From contig CAJFMF010000009.1 in the NCBI GenBank assembly GCA_904391375.1, forward strand, positions 1 to 52,857: DNA of 52,857 bases, read 5' to 3'. This stretch comes from Candidatus Gallimonas faecavium (GTDB taxonomy: Bacteria; Bacillota; Clostridia; Christensenellales; Borkfalkiaceae). The notes beneath the pieces were generated by a model. That model saw nothing but the letters and a program-made list of their open reading frames with translations, had not been told where the DNA came from and did not search any database. Below, piece after piece: positions 1 through 9,764 of the stretch (the stretch's first letter is position 1; each line of letters starts with the position of its first letter). Both the position numbers and the translations under genes were made by a program.

Positions 1-81
1 TCTCTGCACCGGCGCCGAAAATTTCCCGATCGACATTCCGCTTTTCCCTGCGTATGCGTTTCGAGCAACCCGAATAAATTG

Positions 82-130
82 CGCCGCCCGCCGTCAGATG
101 ACGGCGGGCGGCGTTTTCTGTTTCTTTTTT
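82..130 (+). terminator. GC hairpin plus T-rich tail. Terminator for an off-window upstream plus-strand gene. Copy 1 of a repeated palindrome.
   Basis: Arms CGCCGCCCGCCGTCA / TGACGGCGGGCGGCG (82-113) with a 2-nt loop, followed by TTTTCTGTTTCTTTTTT. Confidence 0.6.
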
Positions 131-133
131 CCG

Positions 134-159
134 AAAAGGCAGGCGCTGTCCTGCCTTTT
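134..159. terminator. Bidirectional hairpin terminator downstream of glyA
   Basis: AAAAGGCAGG-cgctgt-CCTGCCTTTT gives a 10-bp stem with A/T tracts on both sides. It lies 55 nt past the glyA stop. Confidence 0.6.
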
Positions 160-213
160 TGCACACGGCGAAGAACTGTTCGTCATTCGCCACGAAAAGA
201 GGGCGGAGCGTCC

Positions 214-1464
214 TCAAAGGATGTCGTTCCGATAGATGGGGAAGCGGTCGCACAGTGCGGCGACCTTCTCGGAGACGTCCGCAACGGCGTCTTCGCGTCC
301 CTGAATGACTTCGGTGACGAGGTCGGCAATGTACGCCGCCTCCGCCTCCTTCATCCCGCGCGACGTGATGGCGGGCGTTCCGATGCGCACGCCGCTCGTC
401 ACGAAGGGCGAGGTCGTCTCGAAGGGAATGGTGTTCTTGTTGACCGTGATGTGCGCACGATCCAGAAGGGCCTCCAGATCTTTGCCCGTCATGTCATCCT
501 TTCGCAAATCGAGCAGCATGAGATGGTTGTCCGTGCCGCCCGAGACGAGCCGCACGCCGTTCTGCATGAAGCGATCCGCCATCGCCGCGGCGTTGCGCAC
601 GATCTGCTGCTGATAGAGCTTGAACGCGGGCGAAAGCGCCTCTTTGAAGGCAACCGCCTTTGCCGCGATGACGTGCATCAGCGGGCCGCCCTGCGTCCCG
701 GGGAACACCGCCTTGTCGATCGCCTTTGCATACTGCTCCTTGCACATGATGACGCCCCCGCGCGGCCCGCGCAGCGTCTTGTGCGTCGTGGTCGTGACGA
801 AGTCGGCATACGGCACGGGGCTGGGGTGCAATCCCGCCGCCACAAGGCCCGCGATGTGCGCGATGTCCACCATCATCAGCGCCCCCACCTTGTCGCAGAT
901 GGCGCGGATGCGCGCAAAGTCAATAATGCGCGGATAGGCGCTCGCGCCCGCCACGATCATCTTCGGCTTGCACTCCAGCGCCGTCTTTTCCATGAGATCG
1001 TAGTCGATGGTCTCCGTTTCCTCGGAGACGCCGTAGGGAACGATCTTGAAGAAGATCCCCGAAAAATTGACGGGCGAACCGTGGGTAAGGTGTCCGCCGT
1101 GCGAGAGGTTCATGCCCATCACGGTATCGCCCGGTTTGAGCATGGCAAAATAGACGGCAAAATTCGCCTGCGCGCCCGAGTGCGGCTGCACGTTCGCATG
1201 GTCACAGCCGAACAGCTCTTTCAGGCGGTCGCGCGCAAGATCCTCCACGATGTCCACATACTGGCAGCCGCCGTAATAGCGCTTTCCGGGATATCCTTCC
1301 GCATATTTGTTGGTGAGATGGCTGCCCATTGCCGCCATGACTGCAGGCGAGACAATGTTCTCGCTGGCGATGAGTTCGAGGTTTCCGCGCTGGCGGGCAA
1401 GTTCCTGCTCCATCGCCTTGCAGACCTGGGGGTCTGTCTTACGGATCGTGGTAAGATCGATCAT
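214..1464 (-). CDS. glyA: Serine hydroxymethyltransferase
   Basis: 416 aa. Full-length SHMT signature (LIASENxx[23 protein letters not shown]). SD AAGGA upstream of the ATG. Confidence 0.97.
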   Translation of the reverse strand: MIDLTTIRKTDPQVCKAMEQELARQRGNLELIASENIVSPAVMAAMGSHLTNKYAEGYPGKRYYGGCQYVDIVEDLARDRLKELFGCDHANVQPHSGAQANFAVYFAMLKPGDTVMGMNLSHGGHLTHGSPVNFSGIFFKIVPYGVSEETETIDYDLMEKTALECKPKMIVAGASAYPRIIDFARIRAICDKVGALMMVDIAHIAGLVAAGLHPSPVPYADFVTTTTHKTLRGPRGGVIMCKEQYAKAIDKAVFPGTQGGPLMHVIAAKAVAFKEALSPAFKLYQQQIVRNAAAMADRFMQNGVRLVSGGTDNHLMLLDLRKDDMTGKDLEALLDRAHITVNKNTIPFETTSPFVTSGVRIGTPAITSRGMKEAEAAYIADLVTEVIQGREDAVADVSEKVAALCDRFPIYRNDIL

Positions 1465-1496
1465 ATTTTTACCGTCCTTTTTTCAGATTACGCTTT

Positions 1497-1525
1497 ATTA
1501 TAACAGGATTTTTCGGAAATAGCAA
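1497..1525 (-). promoter_or_regulatory. Sigma-A type promoter for glyA
   Basis: On the minus strand: TTGCTA-N17-TATAAT with TGT just upstream of the -10. Confidence 0.55.
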
Positions 1526-1553
1526 GGACACGGCAATACTTTTCCGAAATTCT

Positions 1554-1583
1554 GCCGCCCGCCGTCAAATGACGGCGGGCGGC
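1554..1583. terminator. GC hairpin after the vWA gene. Copy 2 of the palindrome also seen at 82-113.
   Basis: GCCGCCCGCCGTCA-aa-TGACGGCGGGCGGC. The arms are identical to copy 1 and the flanks (CCGAA..AATT) are also similar. Confidence 0.55.
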
Positions 1584-1604
1584 TGTCTTTCCCCTCCCGT
1601 CCGA

Positions 1605-3272
1605 TCAGAATACGAACGCGAGAAGTTCTTGTATCCATGCGCCGCGTTCCGCTCGGACGCCGACGTTCCCCTGCGCCCCATCGGACTCATCGGACGTCTG
1701 TTCGGACCCCTGCGCGTCATCGGGCGTCCCATCGGACGCATCGGGTCCCGTTTCGGGAAGCTCCGCCGGCCCGTAATCGTAGAAGCCGCTCTGCAGGGCG
1801 ATGGCGACGAGCTCGGCAAACTCCGCCTTGTAGGCGTCGGCCAGAAGGAGATCCCTGAGGTCTTCCAGCCGCACGAGGACGGCACCGAGAGAGGCGTTGC
1901 CGCGATACTGCGATTGGCGCAGCACGAGGGCGAATTCCGCCACGCACGCGGCGAAAGCAGTGTCCTGCGTTGCCTGTTCCTCGCCCGTGACGGTGAGCGT
2001 GACCTCGTCGTCCTCGCCCGCGGTGTTGCGATAGCGCACCGCAACCTCGGCAAGCGGGGCATCCGTGTCCGCGTCGGTGCGCACGATCTCGTACATGGCG
2101 GTCACGCAGAGATTGCTGCCGATCTCACCCGCGTCCGTATCGGCGTTGTTGAAGTCATCCTCGGACATGGTCTTCATGTCGTAGCCCAGCAGACGATAGG
2201 AGGACACCGTGTCCGCATCGAAGGTGATGCCCGCCTTCGCATCGTGCGCGACGGTATAGAGCGTGCCTGCCACCTCTTTGGTGAACACCTTTTCCGCCTC
2301 GAGCGGCGTATCGATGTAGGCATAGTTGCCGTTTCCGTTGAGGGCGAGCGTCTGCATGAAGTCGTCGCGCATGTTGCCCATGCCGACGGCCGCCACGGAG
2401 AGTGCGATGCCGCTCTTTGCCTTTTCCTGAATGAACTCGGTGAGCTCATCCTGATCGGATATGCCGACGTTGAAGTCGCCGTCCGAGAGCAGGATGACGC
2501 GGTTGTTTCCGTCTTCCGTGCGGAAGGCCTCCGCCTGTTCGTAGGCGCGGTCCAGTCCGCCCGAGCCGTTGGTCGAGCCGTAGGCGTTGAGCCGATCGAT
2601 CGCGTTGCGGATGGCGGGCTTATTCTCCGCCGTCGCCTCCGTGCTCTCCAGAACGGTGCTTACGCCGCTTGCGTACGTCACAATGGACAGCCTGTCTCCC
2701 TCGCCCAACGTATCGACGAGCTTGTTCGCGCCGTACTTGACGAGGTCGAGACAGCTCTGCCCCTCCGTCCCCCACACGGTCGAACCCATGGAGCCCGAGA
2801 CGTCGATCAGCAGGACGTAGTTGGCACTTCCCGTGCGAACGGCCTCTTCCGTCCTGAGGCCCAACGTCAGGAGCGAATGCGCATCATTCCACGGGCAGTC
2901 CGAGACGTACGCCGAAATGCCCACCGCCTCCCCCGCCTTGGGTGCGGGATAGGCGTAGTCAAAGTAATTGACGAGTTCCTCGAGACGCACTGAGTCGGGG
3001 GCGATCTGTAGACCCTCCCGCACCTGCGCACGGACGAGCGAATACCCCGCCGTATTCCGATCCAGCGAAAAATAAGAAGAAGGCGTCTGCGCCGTATCGA
3101 CGAATCCCTGTTCGATCACTTCGTCATACACATAGTTTTCGTCGTCGCTCTCAAAGATCCCGTCTTCCATGGGGTAATACCCCATGCCCCCGCTGTTCGG
3201 GGCAACGCCGCATCCGCTCAGCAACGCCGCCGTCATCGCAAGACATCCGAGTCCGATCAACCGTTTTTTCAT
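1605..3272 (-). CDS. Lipoprotein with a von Willebrand factor A domain (YfbK/BatA-like)
   Basis: 555 aa. Lipobox LLSGCG at the N-terminus, a vWA N-terminal module (SYFSLDRNTAGYS..VNYFDY) and a MIDAS motif (LLIDVSGSM). SD GGGAGGG. Confidence 0.85.
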   Translation of the reverse strand: MKKRLIGLGCLAMTAALLSGCGVAPNSGGMGYYPMEDGIFESDDENYVYDEVIEQGFVDTAQTPSSYFSLDRNTAGYSLVRAQVREGLQIAPDSVRLEELVNYFDYAYPAPKAGEAVGISAYVSDCPWNDAHSLLTLGLRTEEAVRTGSANYVLLIDVSGSMGSTVWGTEGQSCLDLVKYGANKLVDTLGEGDRLSIVTYASGVSTVLESTEATAENKPAIRNAIDRLNAYGSTNGSGGLDRAYEQAEAFRTEDGNNRVILLSDGDFNVGISDQDELTEFIQEKAKSGIALSVAAVGMGNMRDDFMQTLALNGNGNYAYIDTPLEAEKVFTKEVAGTLYTVAHDAKAGITFDADTVSSYRLLGYDMKTMSEDDFNNADTDAGEIGSNLCVTAMYEIVRTDADTDAPLAEVAVRYRNTAGEDDEVTLTVTGEEQATQDTAFAACVAEFALVLRQSQYRGNASLGAVLVRLEDLRDLLLADAYKAEFAELVAIALQSGFYDYGPAELPETGPDASDGTPDDAQGSEQTSDESDGAQGNVGVRAERGAWIQELLAFVF

Positions 3273-3374
3273 TGTTTTCCCTCCCGTTCGGGGCGATTTT
3301 CTCCCCCGTTCACTCTTACAACGCGCCGAACGGCCGTCCTGTCCCGCAAATCGGAAAATTTTTCCGTAAAAATT

Positions 3375-4169
3375 TCAGGCCTGCTCCGTGAGCAGCGCCA
3401 AGAAGACGCCGAGCGCCTCCTCCCGCTGTTGTCCCATGACGGTGAGATAGCACTCCCCTGCGGAAAGCGTCAGGCAGACATCCGTGACGGGCTCTCCGTT
3501 CCACGACCGATCGTCATACCGATAGACATATCCGTTGACGGAGCCCTCCGCCGACAGCTCTCCGAAGGGAATAAACTCCTCGGGGAGCATGGCGCCTTCC
3601 GTCAGATCAAAGGAGACGTCCGCACGCCAGCGGGTGAGTCCGCGGACGTATTCGACGTGCACCGAGAGCAGGACGTCTTCTCCGTTCTGTTCATAGAGCG
3701 TATAGCGCGCCGAGGCGTTCCTGGCGGCGTCAAAACGGGAGAAGCCGCTCAAAAACTGCCCGTACTCACCCTCCAACGCTGCATAGGTCGCGGGCTGCGC
3801 CTGCGCCGAGGCAAGCGAATAGAAGACGGCCTCCCCTTCGTCGGACGGCGCCTCCTGCGAAGGACTTTGCGGGACGTCCTGCATAAACCGCGGAAGAAGC
3901 AGCCCGACCGCCACGGCGGCGACCAAAAGCACGCACGCAAACGAGGAGACGATCTTCACGATCCTCCCCCGCACTGCCCGTCGTTCGGTCGCGGCGAGCG
4001 CGCGCTTCGCCTGCGTCAGATCACAGGGCGGCGCTTCGTTTCCGTCAAAGTATTTGCGGAACTCCCGTTCGATTTTTTCGTCCTTTTTCATGTCCTTCAT
4101 TGTTCCAACGTTTTTCCTCCCCGTTTTGTCCCGCGGCAAAGAGAGAATTTCCTCCTCCGCTTGCCCCAT
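3375..4169 (-). CDS. Putative anti-sigma factor (single-pass membrane protein)
   Basis: It starts 15 nt after the stop of the ECF sigma gene. It has a ~70-aa cytoplasmic N-terminus, one TM helix (IVKIVSSFACVLLVAAVAVGLLL) and a ~170-aa external domain. The start is uncertain (4169 or 4100). Confidence 0.5.
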   Translation of the reverse strand: MGQAEEEILSLPRDKTGRKNVGTMKDMKKDEKIEREFRKYFDGNEAPPCDLTQAKRALAATERRAVRGRIVKIVSSFACVLLVAAVAVGLLLPRFMQDVPQSPSQEAPSDEGEAVFYSLASAQAQPATYAALEGEYGQFLSGFSRFDAARNASARYTLYEQNGEDVLLSVHVEYVRGLTRWRADVSFDLTEGAMLPEEFIPFGELSAEGSVNGYVYRYDDRSWNGEPVTDVCLTLSAGECYLTVMGQQREEALGVFLALLTEQA

Positions 4170-4184
4170 GACGAACAGAGGGCC

Positions 4185-4736
4185 TTATTCTTTGTCTTGT
4201 CCCGCATTCAGAAGGCGGCGGAGGTTTTCTTCGGCAGACACGACGAGCCGCTGTACCGCAGACTTGCTCATGCCCGTCTCTTTGGCGATCTCGCGCAGGG
4301 TGAAATCGAGATAATAGCGGTAGTAGATCATTCTGCGTTCCAAAGGCGCAAGACGGGCGACGGCCTCTTCCAGAACGAGAGCGCCCTCCATGCGTTCGGG
4401 GCGATAGCGCTCGTCCGTCAGGTGGAAGAACGCGTCGATGTCCTCTTCCGCGCGCACCTTCCGTCTGCGCAGGAGGTCATAGGCGGTGTTGCGCACGATG
4501 CGCATGACAAACGCACACCCGTTCGTCCCGGGGCGATACCCGCCGATGCCGCGCGCGAGCTTTAAGAAACTCTCGCTCACGACGTCCTCGGCATCCGCGC
4601 GGTTGCACACGATGCCGCGCGCGAGGGCAAGCATTCGCCCGCCCAGAAGCGCATAGATGCCGTCCAGCGCATCGGCGTTTCCGTGCCTGAGCGCCCGCAG
4701 CAGCCATTCAATTTTTTCGCCGTCGGCAGGCGCCAT
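4185..4736 (-). CDS. ECF-type RNA polymerase sigma-70 family factor
   Basis: Region 2 (DAEDVVSESFLKL) and region 4 HTH (FTLREIAKETGMSKSAVQRLV). I prefer the start at 4736, which has SD GGGGGAAG. An alternative ATG lies at 4766. Confidence 0.85.
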   Translation of the reverse strand: MAPADGEKIEWLLRALRHGNADALDGIYALLGGRMLALARGIVCNRADAEDVVSESFLKLARGIGGYRPGTNGCAFVMRIVRNTAYDLLRRRKVRAEEDIDAFFHLTDERYRPERMEGALVLEEAVARLAPLERRMIYYRYYLDFTLREIAKETGMSKSAVQRLVVSAEENLRRLLNAGQDKE

Positions 4737-4796
4737 GCGCTTCCCCCTTTCGTGCATTTTTTTCATTGTATCACATGCCGCCGCGTTTGTAAAGGG

Positions 4797-4826
4797 GGAA
4801 AAAGGCGGTGCCGCTGCGGCACCGCC
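4797..4826 (-). terminator. Intrinsic terminator after trxA
   Basis: On the minus strand: GGCGGTGCCG-cag-CGGCACCGCC followed by TTTTTCCCCCTTT. Confidence 0.75.
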
Positions 4827-4847
4827 CTCTCGTTTTGTTGAGCTGTC

Positions 4848-5168
4848 TTAGATGTACTTTTCCAGAAATGCCTTGAGCGTCGGCGCGGGGACATAGCCCA
4901 GGTTGTTTCCCACAGGAACGCCGTCCTTGAAGACGATGACGTTGGGAATGGACATGATCCCGTACTTTTGCGCCGTCTCGCCGTTGGCGTCCACGTCCAC
5001 CTTGACGAAGGTCGCCCTTCCCGCCAGTTCACCGGCAATGCCGTCCAGCACGGGCGCGAGCATACGGCACGGGCCGCACCAGCTTGCCCAGAAATCGCAC
5101 ACGACGGGCCCCTTTTTGATGAGTTCTTCGAGCTGTGCGCCCGAGATCTCCATGACATTTTTCGACAT
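4848..5168 (-). CDS. trxA: Thioredoxin
   Basis: 106 aa with the WCGPC active site. SD AGGAGA sits inside the 3' end of hisS, and the start is 1 nt after the hisS stop. Confidence 0.93.
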   Translation of the reverse strand: MSKNVMEISGAQLEELIKKGPVVCDFWASWCGPCRMLAPVLDGIAGELAGRATFVKVDVDANGETAQKYGIMSIPNVIVFKDGVPVGNNLGYVPAPTLKAFLEKYI

Positions 5169-5169
5169 A

Positions 5170-6426
5170 TCAGATTCTCCTTTTAATATAGTCGGCAAGT
5201 TCGCCGAAATTCACTCGTTCGGATGCGGAAGTGCGCAGGTCTTTGACCTCTGCGGCACCCTCCGCAAGTTCCCGCTCGCCCAGCACCGCCACGAAGCGCG
5301 CTCCCGTCTTGTCCGCATACTTGAATTGCGCCTTGACGGAACGATCCATGAGGTCGGTCTCGCAGGAAATGCCCTCCCCGCGCAGTTTCTGCGCCAGAAG
5401 GAACGCCTTCTCGCGGGAGGGCGCATCCATTCCCGCAAGATAACACATGGCACCCGTGTCCGCAGGCGGCATGCAATTCTCCGCCTCCATGACGAGGAGC
5501 AGACGCTCCATGCCCGCGGCAAAGCCGACGGCAGGGACGGGCTTTCCGTCCATCTGCTCGAGGAGCGTATCGTATCGGCCGCCCCCGAGCACCGTCCCCT
5601 GCGCCCCCGCCGCATCCGAGACAAACTCGAACACGGTACGGCTGTAGTAGTCCAGTCCGCGCACGATGGACGCATCCACCGTGTACGCGATGCCCGCCTC
5701 CGTCAGAAGGGATTTGACCTGCTCGAAGTGCGCACGGCAGTCGTCGCAGAGGTAATCGAGCATCCGCGGCGCGCCCTGGGCGATCTTCTTACAGCCCTCC
5801 ACCTTGCAGTCGAGAATGCGCATGGGATTTTTCTCGAACCGCGCACGGCAGTCCTCGCACATTTCTCCGATGTGGGGAGCAAAATATTCTTTCAGCGCCT
5901 GATGATAGCGCGCACGGCAGTGCTTGCAGCCGATGGAATTGATGCGGAGTTCCACCTTTTTGAGCCCGAGGCTCTTCAAAAAGGCATCGGCGAGTGAGAT
6001 GACCTCGGCATCTGCCGCGGCACCCGCCGCGCCGTAGAGTTCGCACCCGAACTGGTGAAACTCGCGCAGTCTGCCCGCCTGCGGCCGCTCATAGCGGAAC
6101 GCCGAAATGATGTAGTACGCCTTGAAGGGAAGCGCGCTCCCCGCCAGGCCGTGCTCGAGAAAGGCGCGCGCGACGCCCGCCGTCCCCTCGGGACGCAGGG
6201 TCACCGATCTGCCGCCCTTGTCGAGAAAGGTGTACATCTCCTTGTTGACGATGTCCGTCGTGTCGCCCACGCCGCGCGAGAAGAGCTCGGTGTGCTCGAA
6301 AACGGGCGTACGGATCTCTTTGAACGCATACGCTCCCGCGATTTCGCGCGCCTTTGCCTCAAGATACTGCCACTGATACGCCTGCGACGGCAGGACGTCT
6401 TTACAACCCTTCGGAATCTGAATCAT
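5170..6426 (-). CDS. hisS: Histidine--tRNA ligase
   Basis: 418 aa. Class II aaRS HisRS motifs (KGCKDVLP, RYERPQAGRLREFHQ, GGGRYD). Confidence 0.96.
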   Translation of the reverse strand: MIQIPKGCKDVLPSQAYQWQYLEAKAREIAGAYAFKEIRTPVFEHTELFSRGVGDTTDIVNKEMYTFLDKGGRSVTLRPEGTAGVARAFLEHGLAGSALPFKAYYIISAFRYERPQAGRLREFHQFGCELYGAAGAAADAEVISLADAFLKSLGLKKVELRINSIGCKHCRARYHQALKEYFAPHIGEMCEDCRARFEKNPMRILDCKVEGCKKIAQGAPRMLDYLCDDCRAHFEQVKSLLTEAGIAYTVDASIVRGLDYYSRTVFEFVSDAAGAQGTVLGGGRYDTLLEQMDGKPVPAVGFAAGMERLLLVMEAENCMPPADTGAMCYLAGMDAPSREKAFLLAQKLRGEGISCETDLMDRSVKAQFKYADKTGARFVAVLGERELAEGAAEVKDLRTSASERVNFGELADYIKRRI

Positions 6427-6552
6427 GTGTGTTGTCCTTTCCTGTATTATTCTGCTTTGCGCGGGATACAGTTGCGTCCCGCCCGCTCCGACCGCCGCTC
6501 AAAAGGGGCGGCACGGTCTGCACGGGTGCGGCGCAGCTGCGCTTCATCGGTC

Positions 6553-7863
<1,311 letters not shown>

Positions 7864-7934
7864 CTGTATCCTCCTGAATTTTTACGCGGACGGCGTTCGG
7901 ATGTTCGCCGTTCCGCCGCAACGCCCCTGCGGGA

Positions 7935-8468
7935 TCACACCGTCTCGCAGATGATATGGTCGTTGGTGAACACGCAGATCTCGGAGGCGATCTTGAGCGC
8001 CTTGCGCGCGATCTCCTCGGCGGAGAAATCGGTGTTCTGTGCGAGCGCGCGCGCCGCCGCAAGGGCGTAGTTGCCGCCCGACCCGATGGCGCAGATGCCC
8101 TCGTCGGGTTCGATGACCTCCCCCGTGCCCGAGAGAATGAGTAGGGTGTCCTTGTCGGCGGTGATCATCATTGCCTCCAGCTTTCTGCCCATCTTGTCGC
8201 TGCGCCAGAGCTCGGCGAGCTCCACCGCCGAGCGCATGAGGTTGCCCGCAAATTTGTTGAGCATTCCTTCAAAGCGCTCCGAGAGCGCAAACGCGTCCGT
8301 CACCGAACCGGCAAACCCGAGAATGACTTTTCCGCCGTAAATGCGGCGCACTTTGACCGCCGTGTTCTTGAAGATGACGGACTCGCCCATCGTGACCTGT
8401 CCGTCGCCCGCGATCGCGGTGACGCCGTCCTTCTTGACGGCGCAAATGGTGGTTCCGTGAAACTCCAT
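7935..8468 (-). CDS. hslV: ATP-dependent protease subunit HslV
   Basis: 177 aa. N-terminal GTTICAV catalytic Thr motif typical of HslV. Confidence 0.96.
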   Translation of the reverse strand: MEFHGTTICAVKKDGVTAIAGDGQVTMGESVIFKNTAVKVRRIYGGKVILGFAGSVTDAFALSERFEGMLNKFAGNLMRSAVELAELWRSDKMGRKLEAMMITADKDTLLILSGTGEVIEPDEGICAIGSGGNYALAAARALAQNTDFSAEEIARKALKIASEICVFTNDHIICETV

Positions 8469-8477
8469 ATTTCCTCC

Positions 8478-9764
8478 TCAACGGCGCAGCAGCGCGCTCA
8501 CGCGGTCGATCTCCGCAAGCGCCCGCTCCGCCATCATCTTCTTTTTTTGTTGTTTATCCTTGACATCCAGCCCGCGTAAAATTCCGTAATTGGCATTCAT
8601 GGGCTGAAAATGTGCGTTTTCCGTCGCGACATAGCGCGCAAGCGCGCCCATGACGCAGGTGTCCTCGGGGACAATGCTCTCCTGCGAATGCATCCTGCGC
8701 AGGCAGTTGATCGCCGCCAGCATTCCGCTCGCCGCGCTCTCCACATACCCCTCGACGCCCGTCATCTGTCCCGCAAAAAAGAGGGACGCGTTGTCCTTGA
8801 CGGAAAAATCGGCCCGCAGAATGCGCGGCGAATCGAGAAAGGTATTGCGGTGCATGACGCCGTAGCGCATAAATTCCGCATGGCGCAGGGCGGGAATGAG
8901 GGAAAACACGCGCTTTTGCTCGCCGAACTTCAGATTGGTCTGACAGCCGACGAGGCCGAGGAGCGTCCCCTCCGCATTCTCGCGCCGAAGCTGCAGGACG
9001 GCATACGGCCGACGGCCGTTTTCATCCTCCAGCCCCACGGGCTTGAAAGTGCCGAAGCGCAGCGAATCCTTCCCGCGCGCCGCCATCACTTCGACGGGCA
9101 TGCAGCCCTCGAAGATCTCCCGCTTTTCAAAGGCGTGCAGCGTCACCTTCTCGGCGGCGAGCAGTTCGCGCACGAACTGCTCGTAGGTCTCCTTGTCCAT
9201 GGGACAGTTGACATAGTCCCCCGTCCCTCTGCCGTATCGGTCGGCGGTGAAGGCAGCGTCCATGTCCACGCTCTCCGCCGTGACGACGGGCGCGGTCGCA
9301 TCATAGAAGTGCAGGTTGCCGCCGAAACGCGCCTCGATCGCCGCATACAGCGCGCCGTCCGTCAGCGGCCCCGTCGCGACGATGCCCGCCTGCGGAAGCT
9401 GCGTCGCCTCTTTCTCTTCCACATGAATGTTCGGATGCGAACGCAGTTTCTCGGTGACGTATGCCGCAAAACGTTCCCGATCGACGGCAAGCGCACCGCC
9501 CGCCGGCACCCGCGTCGCCGCGGCCGCCTCCATCGTCAGCGACCCGAGACGGCGCATCTCCTCTTTGAGAAGTCCGCATGCGTTGCCGTACACGTCGTCG
9601 CTCTTGAGGGAGTTGGAACAGACCAGCTCGCAGAAACAATCGCTTGTATGGGCGGAAGAACGGCGTACGGGCTTTTGCTCGATGAGCCGTACCTGCTCGC
9701 CGTGTTCCGCGAGATACCACGCCGCCTCGCTCCCCGCAAGGCCGGCGCCGATGACGGGGATCAT
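8478..9764 (-). CDS. trmFO: Methylenetetrahydrofolate--tRNA-(uracil-5-)-methyltransferase TrmFO
   Basis: 428 aa. FAD-binding GAGLAGSEAA, ELVCSNSLKSD, GQMTGVEGYVES. Confidence 0.95.
   Translation of the reverse strand: MIPVIGAGLAGSEAAWYLAEHGEQVRLIEQKPVRRSSAHTSDCFCELVCSNSLKSDDVYGNACGLLKEEMRRLGSLTMEAAAATRVPAGGALAVDRERFAAYVTEKLRSHPNIHVEEKEATQLPQAGIVATGPLTDGALYAAIEARFGGNLHFYDATAPVVTAESVDMDAAFTADRYGRGTGDYVNCPMDKETYEQFVRELLAAEKVTLHAFEKREIFEGCMPVEVMAARGKDSLRFGTFKPVGLEDENGRRPYAVLQLRRENAEGTLLGLVGCQTNLKFGEQKRVFSLIPALRHAEFMRYGVMHRNTFLDSPRILRADFSVKDNASLFFAGQMTGVEGYVESAASGMLAAINCLRRMHSQESIVPEDTCVMGALARYVATENAHFQPMNANYGILRGLDVKDKQQKKKMMAERALAEIDRVSALLRR

Noticed and set aside
1640-1760. A short nucleotide repeat, CATCGGAC-like units, near the 3' end of the vWA gene.
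   Set aside because: It lies within the coding sequence and simply encodes the acidic D/S/G/T low-complexity C-terminal tail.
5170-6552. T-box leaders upstream of hisS (6427-6552) and argS (42069-42095).
   Set aside because: The available upstream spacers (~125 nt and ~25 nt of leader) are too short. I saw no T-box sequence (AGGGUGGUACCGCG-like) and no specifier or terminator architecture.
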